Of a DNA stretch of 64,000 nucleotides, positions 34,658 to 44,546 are shown in pieces. The translations under genes were made by a program, and so were the position numbers. The stretch covers positions 36,860-100,859 of the forward strand of contig CACNUI010000004.1 in assembly GCA_902623545.1 (NCBI GenBank), given 5' to 3'. How positions within the stretch are numbered: the first letter of the stretch is position 1; each line of letters opens with the position of its first letter. This DNA comes from an uncultured Alphaproteobacteria bacterium (GTDB lineage: Bacteria > Pseudomonadota > Alphaproteobacteria > HIMB59 > GCA-002718135). Under the pieces are notes generated by a model, which ran no database searches, had not been told where the DNA came from, and saw only the letters and a program-made list of their open reading frames with translations.

Positions 34658-37009
34658 ATGGAACTTAATTTAAAAAATTTTAATATAAGAAATAGTAAAC
34701 CAATTATTCTTGGTAATGCAGGTTTACCAGAAAATACTGAAAGATATCATCTAAATGGAATGGGTATTATTGGTATTGATATATATAAAGATGATAAAAT
34801 CAAAATAACAAATATTGAAGGATCACAAGTTTGTGAAATTACCTTTTTTGATAAGAATGGAAAATGCATTTCTCTTACATCTAAGAATTTTAATAATGAA
34901 GCAAACTTTATTAAAAATAAAATTAAAGAAAAAAATTATATAAATTTTTTAGAAAGACTTAAAAAGAAAAAATTTGATATCAGTAATCTAAAATCTTTAA
35001 ATATTTTCAATGAAGATAGTTTGAGCAATGATTCAATTAATTTAAATATTGAAAACGATGGATTTGCAATCTTTGCAGCACCTGGAAAAGATATGGAAAT
35101 TGATTCTAATGATGCCCCTTCTGATTTTTATATATTTATTGAAAGAAAAAATAAAAAAAACCAAAAAGATGAAGCCTTTTTACCTGAGCCATTAGCTGAT
35201 GTAAAAAATGAGATTTTAGTAAAAAAAAGTTCTGCAATTTCTTACGAAGTTAAGAAAGGTGATTTTATACAAATAATCGACATGTATGGAAGGCAGTGCT
35301 CAGATTTTAATGCATTTGATAGTGATGCATTACAAAAAGGAAGGGAGTATTCAATTGATCCAACAGCAACCAGATCTTTAATTGGTAATTCATATCCTAT
35401 GCCTGGTCTTTCTTCTAAATTTTTCGATAGAAACCAAGATCCACTTATAGAAGTGATGCAAGATAGTATTGGAAGGCATGATACTTTTGGGACTGCATGT
35501 TCTCTAAAAACATATGAAGACCAAGGATATTTTGGTCACATAAATTGCTCAGATAATTTTAATTATTCTTTAGATTCATTTGGAATTGAAAAAAGAAATG
35601 CATGGCAGGCTGTAAATTTATTTTGGAATACTGGAATAGATGATGCAAACGTATTTACTTCTGAAATGCCTTGGTCAAGACCAGGCGATTATGTATTATT
35701 TCAAGCACAAAAAGATTTAGTATGTGTTTCATCTGGTTGTCCCGATGATATTGATCCAGCAAATGACTGGAACCCGACAGATATTTTTGTTAGAATATAT
35801 AGTGAAAAAAATAAATTTTCTAAATCTATTGGATATAGAAAAAATGCTGATGCTGATTTTATGTTAACAAAAGAAACTGGTTTTCATTCAAGAACGTCTA
35901 AACTTACAAAAGACATGATGGAAAGTGCGGGTTATTGGATACCAGCAAAATATAATAACCACGGTGCGATATCTGAATATACAGCATGTAGAGAAAATGT
36001 TGTGATGATGGATTTATCTTCTTTAAAAAAATTTGAAATTGTTGGCCCTGATGCTGAAGAATTAATGAATATTGCATTAACAAGAAATGTAAAGAAACTA
36101 TCTATTGGACAAGTTGTCTATTCTGCAATGTGTTATGAAAATGGAACAATGATTGATGATGGAACACTTTACAGAATGACTGAACATAATTTTAGATGGA
36201 TATGCGGAAGTGATTATTCGGGTGAATGGTTGAGAGAACTTTCTAAAAAATTAGATTTGAGAGCTTGGGTTAAATCTTCATCAGATCAACTGCATAATAT
36301 TTCAGTTCAAGGTCCAAATAGTAGAAAAGTATTAAACAAAATTATTTGGACTGCTCCAAATCAACCCGAAATAAATGATTTAAAGTGGTTTCATTTTTCA
36401 ATTAGTAGGATTGGAGATCATAAAGGTGTGCCCCTAATGGTCTCTCGAACTGGTTATACAGGTGAATTAGGATATGAATTATATTGTCACCCAAAGAATG
36501 CTGCAGATATCTGGGATGCTGTTTGGGAAGCAGGGAGAGAATTTGGAATTGTTCCAATGGGATTTGAAGCATTAGATAAATTAAGAATTGAAGCCGGTCT
36601 AATTTTAGCAGGACATGAGTTTAGTGATCAAACTGATCCCTTTGAAGCCGGAATAGGTTTCACTGTTCCGCTTAAATCTAAAGAAACCAATTTTATTGGT
36701 AAAGATGAGCTAATAAAAAGAAAAAATAATCCTCAAAAAAAATTAGTAGGTTTAGAAATAAATGGTAATGAAGTAGCTCAACATGGAGACTGTGTTCATA
36801 TCGGTAGAGGGCAAGTAGGTATTATAACAAGTGGCACATTATCTCCTGTATTAGATAAAAATATTGCACTTTGTAGAATTGACTCAAAATATTCTGAATT
36901 AAATACAGAGGTTGAAGTAGGCAAATTAGATGGCCATCAAAAAAGAATAGCAGCTAAGGTTGTCAGTTTCCCTTTTTACGATCCTAGTAAGTCAAGAGTA
37001 AAAGCATAA
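34658..37009 (+). CDS. tdm: Trimethylamine N-oxide demethylase (DUF1989 domain fused to a GcvT-type tetrahydrofolate-binding domain)
   Basis: The 783-aa two-domain architecture has a central YGRQCSDFNAFD region (DUF1989-like). C-terminal aminomethyltransferase blocks are GYTGELGYELYC and EALDKLRIEAGL. tmm and tmoX are adjacent. Confidence 0.85.
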   Translation: MELNLKNFNIRNSKPIILGNAGLPENTERYHLNGMGIIGIDIYKDDKIKITNIEGSQVCEITFFDKNGKCISLTSKNFNNEANFIKNKIKEKNYINFLERLKKKKFDISNLKSLNIFNEDSLSNDSINLNIENDGFAIFAAPGKDMEIDSNDAPSDFYIFIERKNKKNQKDEAFLPEPLADVKNEILVKKSSAISYEVKKGDFIQIIDMYGRQCSDFNAFDSDALQKGREYSIDPTATRSLIGNSYPMPGLSSKFFDRNQDPLIEVMQDSIGRHDTFGTACSLKTYEDQGYFGHINCSDNFNYSLDSFGIEKRNAWQAVNLFWNTGIDDANVFTSEMPWSRPGDYVLFQAQKDLVCVSSGCPDDIDPANDWNPTDIFVRIYSEKNKFSKSIGYRKNADADFMLTKETGFHSRTSKLTKDMMESAGYWIPAKYNNHGAISEYTACRENVVMMDLSSLKKFEIVGPDAEELMNIALTRNVKKLSIGQVVYSAMCYENGTMIDDGTLYRMTEHNFRWICGSDYSGEWLRELSKKLDLRAWVKSSSDQLHNISVQGPNSRKVLNKIIWTAPNQPEINDLKWFHFSISRIGDHKGVPLMVSRTGYTGELGYELYCHPKNAADIWDAVWEAGREFGIVPMGFEALDKLRIEAGLILAGHEFSDQTDPFEAGIGFTVPLKSKETNFIGKDELIKRKNNPQKKLVGLEINGNEVAQHGDCVHIGRGQVGIITSGTLSPVLDKNIALCRIDSKYSELNTEVEVGKLDGHQKRIAAKVVSFPFYDPSKSRVKA

Positions 37010-38353
37010 TTACTTTGTCGACAAATAAGTCTTCATTGAATCATCCATTGCATCAAGCCATGTTGTATGATGGCTTGGACCGACTGAGCCAGTAACTGGT
37101 GATGAAAAAGACTTGTCTCTATATGTTAAAATATTATCCTCTTTATCGTGCTCCCAATCGTAAAAATGTTTTTTTATTAATTCAAAATCAATTTTTGGAT
37201 AATCAGTATGCTTTACAAGGTCAACACAATAGTCAGTTTGAAAGTCAATCATTTGATAAGGGTCTTCGAGAGATTCTTCTCTTTTAACCCATTGATCAAT
37301 ATCTTGTGATATTTTTTCGCTTGAAGGAAGATTAATTTTATTCAAAATAACATCCCTAACAAACCAAGCTTGAGCATCAAACATATTAAAAGTATGAAAT
37401 TGATCCTGCATACCTAGATAAAATAAATTTTTATTATTTTCCCAGACAACACCTTTATATAAACTAGGCGGATATAGCCTATTATGTGTTTTTAGTTTTA
37501 AGTCTTCCTCTAAAAAAGGAAAGTGATGAAGATAACCAGAGCATAAAATTAAAACATCCATCTCTTGAACTGTTCCATCTTTAAAAACAGCTTTATTTCC
37601 ATCGATTTTATCAAGATAATGAACTTCTTTCATTCCTTCAGGCCAATTAAATCCCATTGGATTATTTCTATATCCAATCGTAACTGTTTTTGCTCCATAC
37701 TTATAGCATTGGAGAGAAACATCTTCTGCCGAGTAACTGCTACCTAGTATTACAACATTTTTTTCTCTAAACTCTTCGGCATCTCTAAAGTCATGAGAAT
37801 GCATTATGCGACCTGGAAAACTGTCCATACCCTCATACTCAGGAACAAATGGTACCGAAAAGTGTCCATTGGCAACAATTACTTTATCAAAGTAATTATT
37901 TTCATATGTATTATTTTTCTTATTTCTTGCCATTAAGTTAAAACCATCACCACTAGTCTCAACGTATTCAACTGTTGTGTTAAATTTAACATATTTTTTT
38001 ACATCTGATTTTTCAACTCTTCCTAAAATATAATCTCTTAACACTTCTCTAGGTGGGAAAGATGGTATTGGTTTTCCAAAGTGTTCGTCAAATGAATAGT
38101 CTGCAAATTCTAAACATTCCTTTGGGCCATTAGACCACAAATATCTATACATACTATTATGAACTGTATCACCGTATTGATCAGTTCCGGTTCGCCAATT
38201 ATAATTCCATAAACCACCCCAGGTATCTTGTTTCTCATAACAAGTAATTTCTGGCATCTTTTCGCCTTTAACCTCAGCTTGTTGAAAAGCCCTAAGCATT
38301 GAAAGACCGCAAGGGCCAGAACCAATAATAGCTATTTTCGTCATAAAACTCAC
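37010..38353 (-). CDS. tmm: Flavin-containing monooxygenase, trimethylamine monooxygenase
   Basis: FAD motif IAIIGSGPCG, FMO-identifying motif FPGRIMHSHDF (FxGxxxHxxxF) and NADPH motif ILGSSYSAED. Confidence 0.85.
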   Translation of the reverse strand: MSFMTKIAIIGSGPCGLSMLRAFQQAEVKGEKMPEITCYEKQDTWGGLWNYNWRTGTDQYGDTVHNSMYRYLWSNGPKECLEFADYSFDEHFGKPIPSFPPREVLRDYILGRVEKSDVKKYVKFNTTVEYVETSGDGFNLMARNKKNNTYENNYFDKVIVANGHFSVPFVPEYEGMDSFPGRIMHSHDFRDAEEFREKNVVILGSSYSAEDVSLQCYKYGAKTVTIGYRNNPMGFNWPEGMKEVHYLDKIDGNKAVFKDGTVQEMDVLILCSGYLHHFPFLEEDLKLKTHNRLYPPSLYKGVVWENNKNLFYLGMQDQFHTFNMFDAQAWFVRDVILNKINLPSSEKISQDIDQWVKREESLEDPYQMIDFQTDYCVDLVKHTDYPKIDFELIKKHFYDWEHDKEDNILTYRDKSFSSPVTGSVGPSHHTTWLDAMDDSMKTYLSTK

Positions 38354-38413
38354 AAATAATTTAAATTAAGACCATTATTCTACAAAAATGCTAAATTGAA
38401 AAGCAAAAAGATG

Positions 38414-38428
38414 TTTCATATTGTGAAA
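38414..38428. promoter_or_regulatory. Inverted repeat TTTCA-N5-TGAAA in the divergent tmm/tmoX promoter region (candidate operator)
   Basis: ATGTTTCATATTGTGAAATA is centred 68 nt upstream of the tmm start. It shares the TTTCA-N5-TGAAACA core, in minus-strand orientation, with the palindrome at 32848-32872. Confidence 0.4.
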
Positions 38429-38500
38429 TAATTAAATTGTTACTTTAGTATTAAAAGATAAACTATTTTTATAATTTACGTAAATTAAACGGGAGGTAAT

Positions 38501-39451
38501 ATGTTTAAATTATTTAGAGCAATTGCATTTGCAGCTACTCTATTATCTTTCATGACAGTTGCTAGTATATCTAAAGCGGCAGATCCAATTAGAATTCCGG
38601 TTCTTAACTGGACGAGCCAAATAGTTATGGCAAACGTCATGGCACAGATATTTGAGGAGATGGGTCATACTGCAGAACTAGTTCCAGCTGAGTCAGCTTC
38701 AAGATATGAAGCAGTTAGAATTGGCGATCTGCACGTAGCGCATGAAACTTGGGAGTCAACTATGGCTCTGCCTTTTTATGAAGCTATGGACAAAGGTGGA
38801 TTAATTGATGCTGGTAGTCATGATCTAATTACATTCGAGGAAATGGGAGTTCCTAACTGGGTAATTGAAGAAGGATTATGTCCTGGGTTACCAAATTGGG
38901 AAGCACTTAAAGACCCTGCTTGTGCAGCAAACTTTGCTACAGCTGACTCTGATGGAAAAGGTCGTTGGTTAGAAGGACCTTATGAGTGGCATACTGATGT
39001 TATGCCTAACAGACTTAAAGGTCTGGGTATTGATGATCTATGGACAGTAAAATTTGCAGGAAGTGCTGATGCACTTTGGGCTGAATTAAAAGCAGCAAAA
39101 GCTGAGGGAAGAGGAACAGTTATATTTAACTGGTCTCCTAACTTTACAGATGCTGCTGGTTTTACTTTCATAGAATTCCCACCATACTTTGAAGGATGTA
39201 GGCTTGAGCAAGGTGGTTCATTAGAAACTACTGGTTGTGGATCTCCAAAAGGTTGGCTTAAAAAAGCTGCTCACATTAAATTTCCATTATCTCATCCAGA
39301 CGCATACAAATTCTACACTAAAATGTCATTCACTGCTCCACAAATTGGAACAATGGCTGACTTAGTAGATAACCAAGGTCTAAGTCATGCAGATGCAGCA
39401 GCAAAATTTATTGCTGATAATAGAGATCAATTTGATCTTTGGAAAAAATAA
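38501..39451 (+). CDS. tmoX: Glycine-betaine-type periplasmic substrate-binding protein, TMAO-binding TmoX-like
   Basis: Signal peptide MFKLFRAIAFAATLLSFMTVASISKA and a GGGAGG RBS. OpuAC-family resemblance, adjacent to tmm/tdm and ProVW-type genes. Confidence 0.75.
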   Translation: MFKLFRAIAFAATLLSFMTVASISKAADPIRIPVLNWTSQIVMANVMAQIFEEMGHTAELVPAESASRYEAVRIGDLHVAHETWESTMALPFYEAMDKGGLIDAGSHDLITFEEMGVPNWVIEEGLCPGLPNWEALKDPACAANFATADSDGKGRWLEGPYEWHTDVMPNRLKGLGIDDLWTVKFAGSADALWAELKAAKAEGRGTVIFNWSPNFTDAAGFTFIEFPPYFEGCRLEQGGSLETTGCGSPKGWLKKAAHIKFPLSHPDAYKFYTKMSFTAPQIGTMADLVDNQGLSHADAAAKFIADNRDQFDLWKK

Positions 39452-39460
39452 TTAATTATT

Positions 39461-39488
39461 AATCCCCACATTCGTGTGGGGATTTTTT
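39461..39488 (+). terminator. Rho-independent terminator/attenuator after tmoX
   Basis: AATCCCCACA-ttcg-TGTGGGGATT forms a 10-bp stem followed by TTTTTT. Confidence 0.75.
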
Positions 39489-39531
39489 CATTTTTTTATC
39501 TTAAATTTCATATTAAGGTATAGATATTAAT

Positions 39532-40572
39532 ATGAATTCAAATAATTTAAATTCGGTCATTCGATGTGAGTCCGTATATAAAATATTTGGCAACAATGCT
39601 AAAAAGCTTTTAGAGCAATCAAATAATGATGTAGACGCACAAAAATTCCAAGAAGCAGGATGTATAGTAGGAGTTAATGATGCTTCTTTTGAAGTGTCAA
39701 AAGGTGAAATGCTTGTTGTTATGGGTCTATCTGGATCAGGTAAATCAACTTTGTTGCGATGTGTTTCAAGATTAACTGAAGCTACAGCAGGAAAAATATA
39801 TATTGACGGAGAAGACCTGCTCCAAATGAATTCAAAACAACTAATTGAACTTAGAAGAAATAAAATGGGAATGGTATTTCAAAGTTTTGCATTACTCCCT
39901 CACAAAACAGTATTAGAAAATATTGCATTTCCACTTCAAATTAAAGGCTCTTCAACAAAAGAAAGTATTAACAAAGCTATTGAAATGGTGGAATTAGTTG
40001 GTTTGAAAGGAAGAGAAAATTATTTTCCAAGAGAATTGTCTGGGGGACAACAACAACGTGTAGGAATCGCAAGATCTTTAGCTGTAGAACCTGACATCTG
40101 GTTTTTAGATGAACCTTTTTCCGCCCTTGATCCTCTAATAAGAAAGGAAATGCAAGATGAGTTTTTAAGACTTCAAGATGTTTTGAATAAAACAATTATG
40201 TTTGTTACCCATGATTTTGATGAAGCCCTCAGACTAGCTGATAGAATTGCAATAATGAAAGACGGAATTATAGAACAACTAGATACACCCGACAATATAG
40301 TTTTAAATCCAGCAACAGAGTATGTAAGAAAATTTACTCAGGACGTTCCAAGAGAAAAAGTTTTAAAAATTGAATCTATTATGGATGACTATGATCCTAA
40401 TAACTCATCAAGTACAAAAATTCCAAGTAATGCAATTATTGAAACCGTTGCGGAGTCAGTTCTTGAGAGTAATGAAACATTAACAGTTATTGATAATAAA
40501 ACTAATCAACCAATAGGGTCATTAAATCCATCAAAAGTAATTAAAATCTTATTTGGAGACAAAGAAAATTAA
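39532..40572 (+). CDS. tmoW: ABC transporter ATP-binding protein, ProV/OpuAA type
   Basis: Walker A GLSGSGKST, signature LSGGQQQR and Walker B WFLDEPFS. The C-terminal extension is shorter than in E. coli ProV. Confidence 0.8.
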   Translation: MNSNNLNSVIRCESVYKIFGNNAKKLLEQSNNDVDAQKFQEAGCIVGVNDASFEVSKGEMLVVMGLSGSGKSTLLRCVSRLTEATAGKIYIDGEDLLQMNSKQLIELRRNKMGMVFQSFALLPHKTVLENIAFPLQIKGSSTKESINKAIEMVELVGLKGRENYFPRELSGGQQQRVGIARSLAVEPDIWFLDEPFSALDPLIRKEMQDEFLRLQDVLNKTIMFVTHDFDEALRLADRIAIMKDGIIEQLDTPDNIVLNPATEYVRKFTQDVPREKVLKIESIMDDYDPNNSSSTKIPSNAIIETVAESVLESNETLTVIDNKTNQPIGSLNPSKVIKILFGDKEN

Positions 40573-42632
40573 TGTTTCAAAATATAAGTAAATCAAGACC
40601 CCAACAGTTTGGTTTATTATTTTTAGTTTTTTTTATTTTATATTTTTTTATACCTCATAATGAGGGAAGTTGGTTATGGAGATTGCCGCCACTTTTGAAA
40701 GATATTCCACTAATGATTAATAATCTTCTAGATAATCTTATGTTCAATTGGTTTAAGATCCAAGTTTGGGATCCAGATTGGGAAATGTATGAAGAAAAAA
40801 CATTATTTAGACAAATAACAAGAGGTATAGCCAGTGGTGTATTATTTTTTATAATATTTATAAGGGAAGTTTTTTTAGGGGGTATTCAAACAATATCAGC
40901 AATTACTGGTGATGGATTAGTAAAAACTTTTAAATGGATTTATTTACCAGCATTGCCTTGGACTGCTGTTGTTATTGGGGCTTTTATTATTGGATATAAA
41001 CTCCAGGGAATTTATTTAGGAGTCGTTGCTAGTTTTGGTTTTTTATATGTTTCAATATTTGGACAGTGGGAACCAACTATGGAAACACTATCACTTGTTT
41101 TGTTTACAGCTCCGGTATGTTTTATTTTAGGTTTAGGATTAGGTATTTGGGGTTACTTTAGTAAACGTGTGGAAGCAACTTTGCAGCCTATACTAAATGT
41201 TATGCAGACTATGCCACACTTTTCATATTTGGTTCCCATTATTGTTTTATTTGGTGTGGGTGATCACGCTGGTGCTATAGCTACAATCATATTCGCAACT
41301 CCACCGATGGTAAGGTTGACTATTCTTGGTTTAAGAAAAATTTCGCCTGATGTAGTTGAATCAGGTTTAATGAGTGGATGTAGTAAATTTCAATTACTAT
41401 TTAGAGTTTTGATTCCAACTGCTAGAAGAGATATTCTAATTGGAGTCAACCAAGTAATTATGCAATGCCTAGCAATGACTACTATAGCTGCTTTTATTGG
41501 CGCAAAAGGTTTAGGTTTTAATTTAAAAGTTGCTTTAAACTCTCTTAAAATTGGTAAGGCTGCTGAAATAGGAATCTGTGTAGTAATTATAGCTGTAGTA
41601 TTAGATAAACTCTCTCTTGCTTGGGCAAATAAGCAAAAAAACTATTTTGCAAATTTAAATTTTTATCAAAAAAATAAATCTTTATTAATTTTTTTAATTC
41701 TAACCCTACTTTGTGGAATTATTGCTTACTTCAGCTCTTTTTACTTTAGTAATGGTTTTAATTATTTATACATTATACCTTTTGATAAAGGACTTACAAT
41801 ATCTCCATACTTAGATGCATTTATTGATTGGATATGGGAAACCTTTTTTTATTATTTAAATGCTTTTAATGTATTTTTATTAACCTCAGTTCTAGGACCA
41901 ATGAAACAGGCATATTTAAATATGCCAGTAATATCTACTTTATTTTTAGTTACTGGTGCCGGATATATAATTGGAGGAATACGATCTGCTATAGTTGTTT
42001 TTAGCTTAATATTATTTATTGCGCTATCTGAGTACTGGGACAGAGCTCTTATAACTTTATATATGGCTACCTTTGCAGTAGGTGTTTCAGCTTTTTTTGG
42101 AATAATCGTAGGAACTCTGTGTGCACAAAGAGATTTTACAACAAGATCAATTTTATCCATCTGTGATTTTTTTCAAACATTTCCTTCATTCATATATTTA
42201 ATACCTGTAATTTTATTATTTGGAATTACAGATACATCAGTAATGATTGCTGCTATAATTTATGCAAGTGTACCTGCAACAAGATATACAGTTGAAGGAT
42301 TAAAAAGTGTTCCAATGTCTTTACATGATGCTGGCTCGATGTCAGGAGTTTCTAAATTTCAACGATGGACAAATATAGAATTACCATTGGCTTTTCCTCA
42401 CATAATGCTTGGGATTAATCAAACTGTAATCTTTGCATTGTTTATGATTGTTTTAGGTGCGTTGATTGGAACTGAGGATTTAGGCCAAATCATAATGGGT
42501 TGTTTATCAAGGCCAAATGGAGCAGGCATAGGTTTAACTTTAGGTATTTTCATATCTTTTATTTGTTTAGCAGTAGATAATTTAATTAGAACTTGGGCTG
42601 ATGAAAGAAAAAAAATGCTTGGAATGGAGTAG
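40572..42632 (+). CDS. tmoV: Fused double ProW-type ABC permease
   Basis: The 686-aa protein has two tandem transmembrane-domain modules, each with an EAA-like loop (ESGLMSGCSKFQLLFRVLIP and DAGSMSGVSKFQRWTNIELP). It has a 1-nt overlap with the ATPase gene. Confidence 0.8.
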   Translation: MFQNISKSRPQQFGLLFLVFFILYFFIPHNEGSWLWRLPPLLKDIPLMINNLLDNLMFNWFKIQVWDPDWEMYEEKTLFRQITRGIASGVLFFIIFIREVFLGGIQTISAITGDGLVKTFKWIYLPALPWTAVVIGAFIIGYKLQGIYLGVVASFGFLYVSIFGQWEPTMETLSLVLFTAPVCFILGLGLGIWGYFSKRVEATLQPILNVMQTMPHFSYLVPIIVLFGVGDHAGAIATIIFATPPMVRLTILGLRKISPDVVESGLMSGCSKFQLLFRVLIPTARRDILIGVNQVIMQCLAMTTIAAFIGAKGLGFNLKVALNSLKIGKAAEIGICVVIIAVVLDKLSLAWANKQKNYFANLNFYQKNKSLLIFLILTLLCGIIAYFSSFYFSNGFNYLYIIPFDKGLTISPYLDAFIDWIWETFFYYLNAFNVFLLTSVLGPMKQAYLNMPVISTLFLVTGAGYIIGGIRSAIVVFSLILFIALSEYWDRALITLYMATFAVGVSAFFGIIVGTLCAQRDFTTRSILSICDFFQTFPSFIYLIPVILLFGITDTSVMIAAIIYASVPATRYTVEGLKSVPMSLHDAGSMSGVSKFQRWTNIELPLAFPHIMLGINQTVIFALFMIVLGALIGTEDLGQIIMGCLSRPNGAGIGLTLGIFISFICLAVDNLIRTWADERKKMLGME

Positions 42633-42648
42633 TTAAGTCTTTAATTAG

Positions 42649-43506
42649 TTATTCACCGAGAAGAGAATCATCTAAAATATTTGTATCATAAGCAGAATAA
42701 GAGTGCCATCCAACTACAGTTTGGTCATAATCAATTAAACTTCCTGTCATTAAACCTGATTCTTCTGCACATAAAAAAGCTAACATTCGAGCAACATCAA
42801 TAGGTTTATTTAATCTTTTAAATGGTACTTTTTTTTCTGCTTTTTTTAACCAGTCTTTTTTTCCCTTATGATATTTTTTTTGAACATCGTGTTCTGCAGG
42901 AGTGTCTGTCCAACCTAAATTTATACCATTAACTCTTATTTGATGACCGGAAACAGCATTAGCTACATTTTTTATCATAATTCCAAGTGCTGCTTTTGAA
43001 GGACTATATGCTGCTAAAAAGGGCATTCCACTATAAGCTGCAACTGATAAAACGTGAGCTATCGTGCCCTTTACTCTATCTCTTATCATAATTTTTATAG
43101 TATCCTGCATTAAAAAAAATGGTGCTCTTACATTTACATTAAACATTTTTTCAAATTCTTTTTGTGAAGTACTTAAAATTGTTCCCCGACCAGTGTAAGC
43201 GGCACAATTAATTAGAGAATTAATAGTTCCAAATTTTTTGTCAGTTTTAGATATAATTTTTTTACAATCTTTTAAATTTTCTAAATCAGCTTTTACAAAT
43301 ATGCATTTTGTTCCAAAAGCTTCAATTTCCGACTTTACCTTAATTCCATTTTTTTCATTTCTTCCACAAATTGTGATAGCTTTTGCTCCTCGACTTGCAA
43401 TTAGTTTTGCTGTTTCTGCTCCACTTCCTTGTGTACTTCCTGTTATAACAATTACCTTGTTTTTAAACTGAGTCGATAAATTTTCTTTTTTTATTTTTTT
43501 ATTCAT
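42649..43506 (-). CDS. Short-chain dehydrogenase/reductase
   Basis: TGSTQGSGAETA cofactor motif and YSPSKAAL catalytic YxxxK. Confidence 0.8.
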   Translation of the reverse strand: MNKKIKKENLSTQFKNKVIVITGSTQGSGAETAKLIASRGAKAITICGRNEKNGIKVKSEIEAFGTKCIFVKADLENLKDCKKIISKTDKKFGTINSLINCAAYTGRGTILSTSQKEFEKMFNVNVRAPFFLMQDTIKIMIRDRVKGTIAHVLSVAAYSGMPFLAAYSPSKAALGIMIKNVANAVSGHQIRVNGINLGWTDTPAEHDVQKKYHKGKKDWLKKAEKKVPFKRLNKPIDVARMLAFLCAEESGLMTGSLIDYDQTVVGWHSYSAYDTNILDDSLLGE

Positions 43507-44503
43507 AATTTATCTCTACAATTTTTTTCTTTTCATATGACTCATAGGCAGCATTTGCAATAATTAGAGCTCTTCTACCATCCTCAAATGTAACTTTTGG
43601 TCTAGAGTTTGCATTTATCGTATCAATAAAACTATTTAATTGATCACTATATGCTTGCTGATACCTCTCGATGAAAAAAAAGTGTATAAGTTCTTTAGAA
43701 CTTGTCGATGATGATGTATATCGTTCAATAGAACTTTGAGTTTGGTTATTTGAAATTACCATCCCTTTACTTCCAAATACTTCTACTCTTTGATCATAGC
43801 CATAAACTGCTCTTCTTGAGTTATTTATATGTATTAAAACTCCAGAAGCAGACTTTAAAATAAACATTGCTGTATCAAAATCCTTTACAGTTTTTACATT
43901 TTTATCAAATAAATTTTCTCCAAATGCTGATACTTGAATAATTGGATCATCACCTAATATAAAACGTGAAAGATCAAAATCATGAATAGTCGTATCTCTA
44001 AAAAAACCACCGCAAGCATTTAAGTAATCTAAGCCTGGTGCTGCAGGATCACGACTTGAAATTATAATCATTTCAAGTTCTCCAATTTCTTTGTTTAATC
44101 TTGCCTGCTGTGCTTTGCTATGACTTAAGTCAAATCTCCTATTGAAGCCTATTTGAATTGGTGATTTTATATTTTTCAAATCTTCTCTGCACCTATTCAC
44201 TTTATCAATATCCAAATCTATTGGTTTTTCACATAATACAGGTTTTGACGCATTTGCAGCCATTTTAATAAACTCTATATGTGTTGGTGTAGCTGATGCT
44301 ATTAATACAGCGTCCGTTTCTTTAGAATTAATAGCTTCTTCAGGTTTATCTACTGCTATAGCATTTAAAGAGTTTGCAATATTTTCTGCAAAATTTCTAT
44401 TTAAATCATAAACAAATTTTAATCTAGAACCTGGGTTAGAATTAATAATTTCTGCATGCATTTTACCTATTCGACCAGCACCAATCAAAGCAAAATTTAG
44501 CAT
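43499..44503 (-). CDS. Gfo/Idh/MocA oxidoreductase, myo-inositol 2-dehydrogenase-like
   Basis: FALIGAGRIGKMHA Rossmann motif, CEKPI motif and IolG-like length. Confidence 0.7.
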   Translation of the reverse strand: MLNFALIGAGRIGKMHAEIINSNPGSRLKFVYDLNRNFAENIANSLNAIAVDKPEEAINSKETDAVLIASATPTHIEFIKMAANASKPVLCEKPIDLDIDKVNRCREDLKNIKSPIQIGFNRRFDLSHSKAQQARLNKEIGELEMIIISSRDPAAPGLDYLNACGGFFRDTTIHDFDLSRFILGDDPIIQVSAFGENLFDKNVKTVKDFDTAMFILKSASGVLIHINNSRRAVYGYDQRVEVFGSKGMVISNNQTQSSIERYTSSSTSSKELIHFFFIERYQQAYSDQLNSFIDTINANSRPKVTFEDGRRALIIANAAYESYEKKKIVEINYE

Positions 44504-44546
44504 AGCTATTTAGAACAGTTTAAAATAATAAAATCAAGAAATAACT

